Source: Victivallales bacterium (GTDB lineage: Bacteria > Verrucomicrobiota > Lentisphaeria > Victivallales > GWF2-38-69). From it: 64,000 nucleotides of DNA. Of this stretch, positions 1-8,504 are shown piece after piece (position 1 is the stretch's first letter; every line of letters starts with the position of its first letter). A program made the translations under genes and the position numbers. The notes beneath the pieces are model-generated. The model searched no databases. It worked only from the letters and a program-made list of their open reading frames with translations, and was not told the DNA's origin. The stretch lies in contig JAIPJT010000010.1 in the NCBI GenBank assembly GCA_021733985.1, forward strand, positions 3,115-67,114, given 5' to 3'.

Positions 1-53
1 CGTTTTGTTTCAGTAAAGATTAAACTTCGTCGTGCGAAGATCAACGCTGATTA
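1..53 (+). repeat. Dispersed intergenic repeat family A, copy 1 (may be truncated by window edge)
   Basis: cgttttgtttcagtaaagattaaacttcgtcgtgcgaagatcaacgctgatta; differs at 2 of 53 positions from 2827-2879; internal hairpin cttcg-tcgtg-cgaag. Confidence 0.8.
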
Positions 54-141
54 AGTTTCTAAAAACTTTATAATATTTTTAATTAGGCTTACCTAATTTA
101 TAATTGAAAATTATGACTTTTTCAAGTTATGAAAGAATATT

Positions 142-1512
142 TTAATTTAATTTTTTTTTCCAGAAATTTAATTGGTTATCAACTTCACCGTATCCGGTGG
201 CACCGTAAATATTTCTTTTACTGATACTTTTTTCGGGATTGAACAGTTTCAAACATTCTTCATTGGCTTCCGGGATAACAGAAAGCATTTCTTCATAAGT
301 AATATTATCAAGTTTAAGTTTATTTTTTTCACACCATTTCACCAGTGACCCCACCCTATGATGTGCAATTCTGAAAGGAACACCGAGTTCGACAAGTTTT
401 TCAGCTAAATCGGTAGCCATTAAAGCCGGATCGGAAGCAGCTTTTAGCATATTTTCTTTTTTAACCATAATGGAAGCAATCATTGAAGGATAGACAGACA
501 GTATTTTTTTTACATTGTCAACAGCATCAAAAACCGGTTCTTTATCTTCCTGTAAATCTCTGTTATAGGTAAGCGGCAATCCTTTAAGCAGCGTAAGAAT
601 AGACATTAAATCGCCATATATTCTGGCTGTCTTACCTCTTGAAATTTCAGCGATATCGGGATTTTTTTTCTGCGGCATAATACTTGAACCTGTACAGAAT
701 GCATCCCCAAGCTCTATATAATTAAATTCTTCGGAACACCATAATATGATATCTTCAGATATCCTTGATACGTGCATTGCGAAAATAGAAAATCCGCTAA
801 GCAGTTCACAGAGAAAATCTCTGTCGGCAACTGCATCCATGCTATTACTTGAAATTCTGTCAAAATTCAGCAGCCTGGCTGTAACATTCCTTTTCAGAGG
901 CAAAGTTGATCCCGCAAGGGCAGCGGAACCGAGCGGCATTATATTAAGACGCTTCCTGCAATCCAGCAGCCTTTCAATATCTCGTTCAAGCATTTCGGTA
1001 TAAGCTAAAAGCTGATGTGGAAAAAGTACGGGCTGAGCACGCTGCAGATGTGTATATCCGGGAAGCAGCGTTTGTTTGTACTCCTCTGCTTTTCCAATCA
1101 AAGCCTTCTGAAATTCCTTTATACCTTCACAAACTGTTAAGATTTCTTCTCTAAGGTACAGCCTGATATCAAGAGCTATCTGATCATTTCTGCTTCTTCC
1201 TGTATGCAGTCTAGCTCCGTCATCGCCAACAATTGCAATCAACGCATTTTCAATATGCATATGAATATCTTCAAGCTCTGCGTTGTAGTCAAAATTATTT
1301 TCTTCTATTTTACTTAAAACCAGCTCAAGGCCTTTTATTATTTTTTCCGCGGAGTCCCGGGGAATTATTTCGGCCTCAGCCAGCATTTCTGCATGTGCTT
1401 TGCTGCCTTCAATATCATGCTTATATAATCTTTTATCAAATGAAATAGATTCTGAAAACTCTGTCAAAGCCTCTGTCGGCTTTTCACTAAATCTTCCGTC
1501 CCATAATGCCAT
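142..1512 (-). CDS. argH: Argininosuccinate lyase
   Basis: From internal Met (MALWDGRFSEKP...) the ORF has the typical ArgH N-terminus. It carries the fumarate-lyase signature GSSIMPQKKNPD. The upstream 12 codons of the ORF-track call are probably not translated. Confidence 0.93.
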   Translation of the reverse strand: MALWDGRFSEKPTEALTEFSESISFDKRLYKHDIEGSKAHAEMLAEAEIIPRDSAEKIIKGLELVLSKIEENNFDYNAELEDIHMHIENALIAIVGDDGARLHTGRSRNDQIALDIRLYLREEILTVCEGIKEFQKALIGKAEEYKQTLLPGYTHLQRAQPVLFPHQLLAYTEMLERDIERLLDCRKRLNIMPLGSAALAGSTLPLKRNVTARLLNFDRISSNSMDAVADRDFLCELLSGFSIFAMHVSRISEDIILWCSEEFNYIELGDAFCTGSSIMPQKKNPDIAEISRGKTARIYGDLMSILTLLKGLPLTYNRDLQEDKEPVFDAVDNVKKILSVYPSMIASIMVKKENMLKAASDPALMATDLAEKLVELGVPFRIAHHRVGSLVKWCEKNKLKLDNITYEEMLSVIPEANEECLKLFNPEKSISKRNIYGATGYGEVDNQLNFWKKKLN

Positions 1513-1737
1513 AAAACACCTACTTTTAAGGCCTATGCCGAAAAACACAGGCGCATTTCTTATTTTTTTTACTTAAATTTGATTTTTATTTCGCGAAGTA
1601 CTGCTCTGTTTTATTCAGCCTGATCCCGTGAGATAATTTATGAAAAATATTCTTTTTATCCATGATGGATATCAAGGTCGCACTTTAGCGTGTATAACTT
1701 AGACAAGCTAAAGCTTGAACTCCAACAAAAAACAATA

Positions 1738-1780
1738 ATCGCATAATGTTATTATACATTTAACAATAAAGTTGTATTGC
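1738..1780 (+). repeat. Dispersed repeat family B, copy 1
   Basis: atcgcataatgttattatacatttaacaataaagttgtattgc; 39/43 identical to 2718-2760, same orientation. Confidence 0.8.
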
Positions 1781-1850
1781 AGCGCTATCTCTGAGCGCAC
1801 TACAAACAGCATCGTTTATAAATATGTTATATTAAATAAAAATTTGCCCT

Positions 1851-1897
1851 GATATAATAATTGACGTTTCAGGGGAGATATTGCACGAAAAGGGTTT
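1851..1897 (+). repeat. Dispersed repeat family G, copy 1 (longest)
   Basis: gatataataattgacgtttcaggggagatattgcacgaaaagggttt; related copies at 2666-2690(-), 15413-15460(-), 32527-32557(-), 38612-38635(+). Confidence 0.7.
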
Positions 1898-2029
1898 ACC
1901 TCCGCTGAAATCAAATAGGGCCGAATACTATGCCCTTTTCGAGCAGATTCATACAGGCATATCAGCCTTTTCGGGAAAGAGAGAAAAAACAGGTCGCAAA
2001 GTATGAAATCTTTTCGTACAGGTTCTAAA

Positions 2030-2620
2030 TTAATCTTCCATATATAGATGTCTATACTTGATAAAATAGTTCAGCCCGGAAAATATAGTAATCAGTGCAA
2101 CGACAACCATCCCTATGCACCAGATCACTTCAACAACACCTCTTAACGGCAAAATATTTAACCAGATGAAACCACCGAAACAGAAAAACGTCATCTGTGA
2201 AGCAGTCTTCCATTTACCGTACCTGTCTGCAGCAATCACTTCACCCTTATTTGCCGCCAGAGATCTCAATCCTGTAACAAGGAACTCTCTTGCTAAAACA
2301 ACTATAACGACCCAGCCGGGAAGCATAGAGCGTCCGGTATAGGGGTTAACAGTATCAACAAAAATAATAAAAATTGTCATTACGAATATTTTATCAGCCA
2401 GCGGGTCTATCAATTTACCGAAACTGCTCACAAGACCATATTTTCTTGCAATCTGCCCATCGAGCAGGTCGGTATACGCAGCAATTATAGTTAAAATTAC
2501 AGCCGTCACCTGCAGCGAATATGCATAAGGCTGTGTAAATTTCTGATAAATATTTGCCAATATTAATACGATGAATACCAGAATAATTCTGGTAACAGTA
2601 ATTTTGTTCGGAATATTCAT
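2030..2620 (-). CDS. pgsA: CDP-diacylglycerol--glycerol-3-phosphate 3-phosphatidyltransferase
   Basis: 196-aa polytopic protein with the CDP-alcohol phosphatidyltransferase motif DLLDGQIARKYGLVSSFGKLIDPLADK. Confidence 0.88.
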   Translation of the reverse strand: MNIPNKITVTRIILVFIVLILANIYQKFTQPYAYSLQVTAVILTIIAAYTDLLDGQIARKYGLVSSFGKLIDPLADKIFVMTIFIIFVDTVNPYTGRSMLPGWVVIVVLAREFLVTGLRSLAANKGEVIAADRYGKWKTASQMTFFCFGGFIWLNILPLRGVVEVIWCIGMVVVALITIFSGLNYFIKYRHLYMED

Positions 2621-2665
2621 ACCGTTTTCCTGTCTTTTATTGTTTTATCTATAACTAATACAAAA

Positions 2666-2690
2666 CTCCCCTGAAACAAAAAATTACTAT
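2666..2690 (-). repeat. Repeat family G, partial copy
   Basis: Reverse complement atagtaattttttgtttcaggggag aligns with ataataattgacgtttcaggggag of copy 1. Confidence 0.6.
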
Positions 2691-2717
2691 ACAGTATACA
2701 GTAAAATATTGCATTAA

Positions 2718-2760
2718 ATCGTATAATTTTATTATACATTTAACAATAATGCTGTATTGC
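2718..2760 (+). repeat. Dispersed repeat family B, copy 2
   Basis: atcgtataattttattatacatttaacaataatgctgtattgc; 39/43 identical to 1738-1780. Confidence 0.8.
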
Positions 2761-2826
2761 GACGCGCTAAGCCGTCGCCCCGGAGCAGCGGGGCTATGGC
2801 TCACACGGCCGGAGATCGCGCCCTAC

Positions 2827-2879
2827 CGTTTTGTTTCAGAAAAGATTAAACTTCGTCGTGCGAAGATCAACGCTAATTA
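2827..2879 (+). repeat. Dispersed repeat family A, copy 2
   Basis: cgttttgtttcagaaaagattaaacttcgtcgtgcgaagatcaacgctaatta; 51/53 identical to 1-53. Confidence 0.85.
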
Positions 2880-2942
2880 GATTTTATCAACCCGGAAGTG
2901 ATTGAAAAAAACGAAAACTTTTTTTTGTTTTTCCACTGCGGA

Positions 2943-4310
2943 TTACAGAATAATTCTACCTTTTAATTCAAAAGCTGAGCTTTTTTCTATCTTAACTTCG
3001 CAAAAATCACCTGGTCCAAACAACTTTCTCTTTTTTATTTTTACCTTATTATCGATCTCGGGAGAATCCATATAAGTCCTCCCTGAGAAATAATTGTCCT
3101 CTTCATTATCAATAATAGCTTTGAACGACTTTCCTTTCAAGTTTTCATTGAACAACTGCGACTGAATCTCGTACAGTTCCTGAAGGATTCGGACACGTTC
3201 ATCTGCTGTTCTATCAGATACTTTATTTTGTAAACCGGCTGCTGCCGTATTAGGTTCAGGGTAATACGGGAATACCCCGAACCTCTCGAACTTCCATTTT
3301 TCTATAAATTCTTTCAAGATTGTAAAATCTTCTGCAGTTTCCCCGGGAAATCCTACAAGAAATGTACTTCTAAGAATAAGTTTGTCTATATTCTTCCTCA
3401 GTTTGCCCAAAATTTCATTCAGTTCGCGGCAGGTTATTTTCCTATTCATTTTACTGAGTATTTTATCTGAAGCATGCTGTATCGGAATATCAAGATACGG
3501 TATTATGTGTTTTGCAGAAGCTATCGTATTAATAAGTTCATCAGTTATACCTTCCGGATGAAGATAATGAAGCCTAATCCAGTAGTCCCCATCTATACTG
3601 TCTATTTCTTTTAACAGGGCCGATAAATTTTCAGAGTTCTTAACATCAGCAGCAAATGCAGTAATATCCTGTGCTATGATAAGTACTTCTTTTACACCGT
3701 TTGCCAAAAGTCCCTTCATTTCTTTTCTTATCGAAGCTATATTCCTGCTTCTCAGCCTTCCTCTAATATTCGGTATTGAGCAGTAGGAGCATCTATTATT
3801 ACAGCCATCAGCTATTTTAATATATGCATAATGCGGAGGTGTAAGCTGAAGTCTCGGGGTATTGTGAGAATATAAAAAAGACGGAGCACTATTAAAAAGA
3901 GTTTTATTATCTGAAGTAATTTTAAAGAAACTGCCGATGTATTCAGTGATTTTATGCGTTTCATCAATTCCGAGCCATAAATCAACTTCCGGATATTTTT
4001 GAAAGTAGCCGGCGGCACCATCCCACTGAGTTAAACAGCCGCATATAATCAGTTTCCTATTAAACGGCTGAAGGTTTTTCCAGTCGATACAAAACTCGAT
4101 ATTCTCTTCTGCCTCCACCCTTGCAGGCGGAATAAATGCACAGGTGTTTACGATACATATATCCGCCTCGTCAATATTATCCGTTATCCCCAGATTATTA
4201 GTTACCAGAGAAGCTGCAAGAATTTCAGTATCGACAAAATTCTTTGAACAGCCAAGGCTTATTATATATACATAAACGGGTCTTTCGGTTCCCAACATAT
4301 TAATATACAC
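2943..4310 (-). CDS. rimO: Ribosomal protein S12 methylthiotransferase (radical-SAM MTTase)
   Basis: N-terminal MTTase domain (YIISLGCSKNFVDTE), radical-SAM CNNRCSYCSIP, C-terminal TRAM-like region. The start could instead be the internal Met (MLGTERP...). Confidence 0.85.
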   Translation of the reverse strand: MYINMLGTERPVYVYIISLGCSKNFVDTEILAASLVTNNLGITDNIDEADICIVNTCAFIPPARVEAEENIEFCIDWKNLQPFNRKLIICGCLTQWDGAAGYFQKYPEVDLWLGIDETHKITEYIGSFFKITSDNKTLFNSAPSFLYSHNTPRLQLTPPHYAYIKIADGCNNRCSYCSIPNIRGRLRSRNIASIRKEMKGLLANGVKEVLIIAQDITAFAADVKNSENLSALLKEIDSIDGDYWIRLHYLHPEGITDELINTIASAKHIIPYLDIPIQHASDKILSKMNRKITCRELNEILGKLRKNIDKLILRSTFLVGFPGETAEDFTILKEFIEKWKFERFGVFPYYPEPNTAAAGLQNKVSDRTADERVRILQELYEIQSQLFNENLKGKSFKAIIDNEEDNYFSGRTYMDSPEIDNKVKIKKRKLFGPGDFCEVKIEKSSAFELKGRIIL

Positions 4311-4320
4311 TTTTTATTTG

Positions 4321-5931
4321 TTAATAATCAGGCTCTTCAATTTCAAGAAACCTATGGTAGTTATTGGTCAACTCTCTAAAGCCTTTGATATATTCACGAA
4401 CTTGCTTTCTCTTAGCACAAAAGCTTACTGCACCGGCGGTTTTACCGTCTTCTGTTTCCACTTTCATATTTCCAATAGAAACAAATCCTCTCACCTGTAA
4501 ATCCGTTAGCGGACTTATAAAAATTTCAGTATTCTTCAAAACAGTAATGCCTGCAGTACCGACTACTTCTTTAACGGCTCTCGGCAGCAGTACTCCTACA
4601 GCCAAAATTACCGAAGGATGTACCATTGCATATATATCCAGCAATTCGTTTGTTTCACTTTTGCCATTTTTAGTTAAGTAAATCCTACTGTTTAATTCTC
4701 TTTGAAATTCTAAAAAATCTTTCAGTCTTCCCTGTCCTTTGTTATAATCGCCGGGTCTGATAAAAACCAGCCCGAGATTCCGGTCCTGAAGAACCGTATC
4801 CTCAACCTTCAAGTCAGTTGTTATGACAAATTTCGTATCTTTAAAGTATTCCCTCTGAGCAAGTCCCCATATTATCATACCGGGGATAGTAACAGCACCC
4901 TCCATTTCACTGAGATACTTTTCGTTCAGATATTTTCTAAGTTTTAAAATTTTTTCAAAGTGTACAAATATACGTCCCCTGTAAATTCCATCTCCGTGAT
5001 ACCTGATTTCAGGTGAAGCATCTTTCAGTGCGGGAAACTTAATCTTACCGGCCACCCCCCACTGTTTCTTTAAAGTCTCCAGCAGCTCTTCCATCGGCAT
5101 GCCGTCAACCGGTACATGATGATACTGGACCCATAAATCAGCTTCTTTATAGGAGGGGGTAAAACGACATACAACATTAAGCAGGCCGAAACCGGGATGT
5201 CTCTTGCTTTGCATATACGGCGTTTTAAGCCGTTCCTTAAGTAAATCACCGCCCGTCAATTCTTCAAAGTGTATGAAGGTACTTGTCAGAATTCTGTCAA
5301 TGTAATCAAAAAGGTCCTGTCGTCCAGTATGTGTTATCCCTGTAACCTTCCATGCCCAACGTCTGAGTTTTCCGGAAATAACTTTAGCTCTTTTAACATC
5401 CCCTACCCGTTTTTTTTCATTTTGGTTAAAAACAATTACTATTTTTCTCAGAGCTTTCCTTTTAATTCTTTCTGACAGCATAGCAAAAGAGACTCTCGTC
5501 TCGTCGAAATAGGGGATTATTTTTTCTAATTTCCCGCTTTCACTGAATACAGTTTCCGTAATATCTGTAAAATAAATTCTTTTTCTGCGGGCCCTGAAAA
5601 GGCTGTACTCGAAACACCAGTGGTAAGAGGCATGCTCACGTAAAAAAACCGCCAGTTTTTTTATTAAAAAATCTTTTGCCTCATCAAAATTTTTAGGTTT
5701 GTTTATTTTCCTGCAGTATTTTAAACGAAACACAGATAAGATAAATTTAGAATGCTCCTTTCTTAAAAAAATACCCGCAAATTTTCTCCAGCCGCTTTCT
5801 TCAACTTTAAACCCCATCTTTTTTATATACTGCAGTATTTTCAGAATACATATAAGAATTACAGCGCCTATATTCCATCTGTCTAATAAGCGCCTAAGCT
5901 TTAATCTTCTGTTAAATTTTCCATCAGGCAT
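4321..5931 (-). CDS. Membrane-anchored putative acyltransferase of the HHxxxDG (CAT / condensation / E2-like) superfamily
   Basis: 536-aa ORF. Hydrophobic N-terminal segment WNIGAVILICILKILQYI. Motif YHHVPVDGMPMEELL in the C-terminal half. I recognise no other family. Confidence 0.45.
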   Translation of the reverse strand: MPDGKFNRRLKLRRLLDRWNIGAVILICILKILQYIKKMGFKVEESGWRKFAGIFLRKEHSKFILSVFRLKYCRKINKPKNFDEAKDFLIKKLAVFLREHASYHWCFEYSLFRARRKRIYFTDITETVFSESGKLEKIIPYFDETRVSFAMLSERIKRKALRKIVIVFNQNEKKRVGDVKRAKVISGKLRRWAWKVTGITHTGRQDLFDYIDRILTSTFIHFEELTGGDLLKERLKTPYMQSKRHPGFGLLNVVCRFTPSYKEADLWVQYHHVPVDGMPMEELLETLKKQWGVAGKIKFPALKDASPEIRYHGDGIYRGRIFVHFEKILKLRKYLNEKYLSEMEGAVTIPGMIIWGLAQREYFKDTKFVITTDLKVEDTVLQDRNLGLVFIRPGDYNKGQGRLKDFLEFQRELNSRIYLTKNGKSETNELLDIYAMVHPSVILAVGVLLPRAVKEVVGTAGITVLKNTEIFISPLTDLQVRGFVSIGNMKVETEDGKTAGAVSFCAKRKQVREYIKGFRELTNNYHRFLEIEEPDY

Positions 5932-6126
5932 GTCAAAACCTCCTAATCAAATTACATACAGCCTTAAGTTTTCGTACAGCCAGACCAGTCTGCCAAACAG
6001 TTAAAACCGAATTTTCTGGAATAAAACCCTTAATTTACTTCCTAAACGGTCCAATTTCAATAAAAAAAACAATGCAAATTATTCCCCTGAATCAGTGAGA
6101 TAATTCATAAAAAAAAGCTCACGGAA

Positions 6127-6723
6127 TCAGGATTCCCTGATATCCCTGTATAATTTTTTGTAGCATTTACGGCAGAATGACTTATATTCCTGGTCACCGA
6201 CCTGGATCTGTTTCCCCCCGAGAGCCGGCCTCCCGTTGACAAAACGTGCATTAAAAGTTGCTTTTCTGCCGCATTCGCACATTGCTTTTATTTCTTCTAT
6301 CTCGTCCGCCACCTCTAACAGCCTTTTACTTCCCGGAAACATTCTACTTTTAAAATCACTCCTCAGACCGTAACAGATAACAGGCAGAAAAAGGTAATCC
6401 GATACATCTGTAAGCTGGTCTATCTGCTCAGGAGTGAAGAAATGAATCTCATCAACAAAAACAACTCTTAACTGCTTTTTTTCTTCATCCATTTTTCGTC
6501 GGACTATGTCATAAATATTATCAGAATCAGTTACAGCATATGCATCAACCGATACACCTATCCGACTTTTGACTACCTTTCTATTTCGTGTATCTGAAGC
6601 CTGTGTTAAAACAAATGTATCCATACCTCTTTCACGATAATTAAACTCCGCCCTAATCAGGTCAAATGATTTTGAAGACCCCATAACACCGTATTTAAAA
6701 TAGACTTTTCCCGGTACGTTCAT
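6127..6723 (-). CDS. tdk: Thymidine kinase
   Basis: P-loop GVMGSSKS, VFVDEIHFF, zinc ribbon CECGRKA...CRKC. Confidence 0.92.
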   Translation of the reverse strand: MNVPGKVYFKYGVMGSSKSFDLIRAEFNYRERGMDTFVLTQASDTRNRKVVKSRIGVSVDAYAVTDSDNIYDIVRRKMDEEKKQLRVVFVDEIHFFTPEQIDQLTDVSDYLFLPVICYGLRSDFKSRMFPGSKRLLEVADEIEEIKAMCECGRKATFNARFVNGRPALGGKQIQVGDQEYKSFCRKCYKKLYRDIRES

Positions 6724-6746
6724 CTTCCCTTCCTGTTATTATCTGT

Positions 6747-8300
6747 TTACGCAAATGGAGAAGCCCTTTTAAGAGCATAAGGTATAAGTTCGGCAATATC
6801 ATCTGCGATAAGGCCTCTGGCTCCTTTATCTGCAATTTCCCCTGCAATACCGTGTAAGTAAGCCGCAAGGTACGAAGCCCGGTATTGAGACATCCCGGCT
6901 CCAATGTTAGCTGCAATTATACCGGTGAGCACATCTCCGCTTCCTGCGGTAGCAAGGGCGGGACCACCGCTGCTGTTTATGCATGGCATACGCCCCGGAG
7001 TCAGCGTTACTGTCCTGTTTCCTTTATATACTACAGTACCGTTAAGAAGTTCCGACAATTTTTTTGCTTTATCAGCACGTCTTTTGTATTTATCTGTATT
7101 CTCTCGAAAACCTTTAAAAAGTCTGGCAGCTTCCCCGGGATGAGGTGTAAATACTGTTTCTCCATTTTTCTCAGTCAGGATAGCCGGATCTTTAGCAATT
7201 AAATTTAATCCGTCAGCATCTACTATTTTAGGTTTATCTAATTTCAGAATTTCCCTGAACACTCCAGCACAGCATTGTTTGTCAGACATACCGGGGCCTA
7301 TAACGATAACATCAGCTTTTTCCGCCAGTTTTTTTAGTTCCGGAATAGATGAGTCTGTAAAAAAACCTGTCCCGTCATCTTCAATTCTTCTCGTTATTAA
7401 TGCAAAAATGCCCGGGGCGCATGTTTGTAATGAATTCGGTATAGCCACTGTTACAATTCCGGCACCGGCTCTCAGGGCAGATTTGCCTGTGAGGAAAGGC
7501 GCTCCGGAATACATTTTACTCCCGCCTACTACTAATATAGAACCATTTTTATTTTTATAGGACTCCATATCAAGTCTTTTTAAAATATAATAAGCATCAT
7601 TACCTGTAATCATACATTTTTCAGTTTCTGTATCATCAATAAACTCTTGAGGAATACCGATATCTACAGTTTTGATCTTCCCGCAATATGAAGGCCCTTT
7701 GCCGCGAATCAGGCCTGTCTTCGGTAATCCCATCGTAATCGTCATATCACAGAAAAAAGCAGCATCCTCAATACTTCCGTCATCTCCGTTCAAACCTGAA
7801 GGGATATCCAGTGCGACTACAGGTAAGTGTAAACTGTTTACAAGTTTTATCCAGCTGTAGTAGGGTTCCTTAAGTTTCCCCTTAAAGCCTGTACCCAAAA
7901 GTCCATCTATAATAATATCTCCTCTTAAAAAATGTTTCTGCTTTATTTTATCCTTCACATGAACCTGCACATTGTCAGGTAAATGCTCAGCATGGAATTT
8001 CGCAGCACCTTTCAGTTCACCTATATAGCATACAGAATATATAATAACTTCGCAGCTGCTCTTTTCACTTAAATATTTTGCGATTACATGTGCGTCTCCC
8101 CCGTTGTTACCCTTACCGGCTAAAATTACAAATCTTTTAACATGCTGGGGATTTATACCTGATACATATTCTAAAATTCTTTCACCGGCACCGAGGCCTG
8201 CCCTTTTCATTAATTCTTTAGGAGGAATCCCGGCTTCATTTATTGACCTGTAATCAAGATTCCTCATTTGTGAAACTGAAACAATTTTCATTTTCCTCAA
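6747..8300 (-). CDS. nnr: Bifunctional NAD(P)H-hydrate repair enzyme (epimerase + ADP-dependent dehydratase)
   Basis: YjeF-N motif GKGNNGGDAHVIA and C-terminal kinase-like GGPALATAGSGDVLTG. Confidence 0.9.
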   Translation of the reverse strand: MRKMKIVSVSQMRNLDYRSINEAGIPPKELMKRAGLGAGERILEYVSGINPQHVKRFVILAGKGNNGGDAHVIAKYLSEKSSCEVIIYSVCYIGELKGAAKFHAEHLPDNVQVHVKDKIKQKHFLRGDIIIDGLLGTGFKGKLKEPYYSWIKLVNSLHLPVVALDIPSGLNGDDGSIEDAAFFCDMTITMGLPKTGLIRGKGPSYCGKIKTVDIGIPQEFIDDTETEKCMITGNDAYYILKRLDMESYKNKNGSILVVGGSKMYSGAPFLTGKSALRAGAGIVTVAIPNSLQTCAPGIFALITRRIEDDGTGFFTDSSIPELKKLAEKADVIVIGPGMSDKQCCAGVFREILKLDKPKIVDADGLNLIAKDPAILTEKNGETVFTPHPGEAARLFKGFRENTDKYKRRADKAKKLSELLNGTVVYKGNRTVTLTPGRMPCINSSGGPALATAGSGDVLTGIIAANIGAGMSQYRASYLAAYLHGIAGEIADKGARGLIADDIAELIPYALKRASPFA

Positions 8301-8504
8301 ACCTTTACTTATTATTCAAGAGTCATTTACTTATTAACAGATACCCTTTTATTTTAATTTAATTTTATCATTTTTAAACTAAAAAACCATATAAATATCC
8401 TGGATTTGAGCTTACTATTATATATAATAATATTAAGTATTGTACAAAGTCCCGTAATATAGAATACAATAACATTTTGAAATAATTGAATATAGAAACC
8501 CCTT

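Noticed and set aside
2761-2830. GC-rich block considered as SRP (4.5S) RNA domain IV because of ccggagcagcgggg
   Set aside because: It lacks the conserved GGAA tetraloop / GGAAGCAGC arrangement and the flanking helix 5 pairing. The resemblance is limited to AGCAGC.
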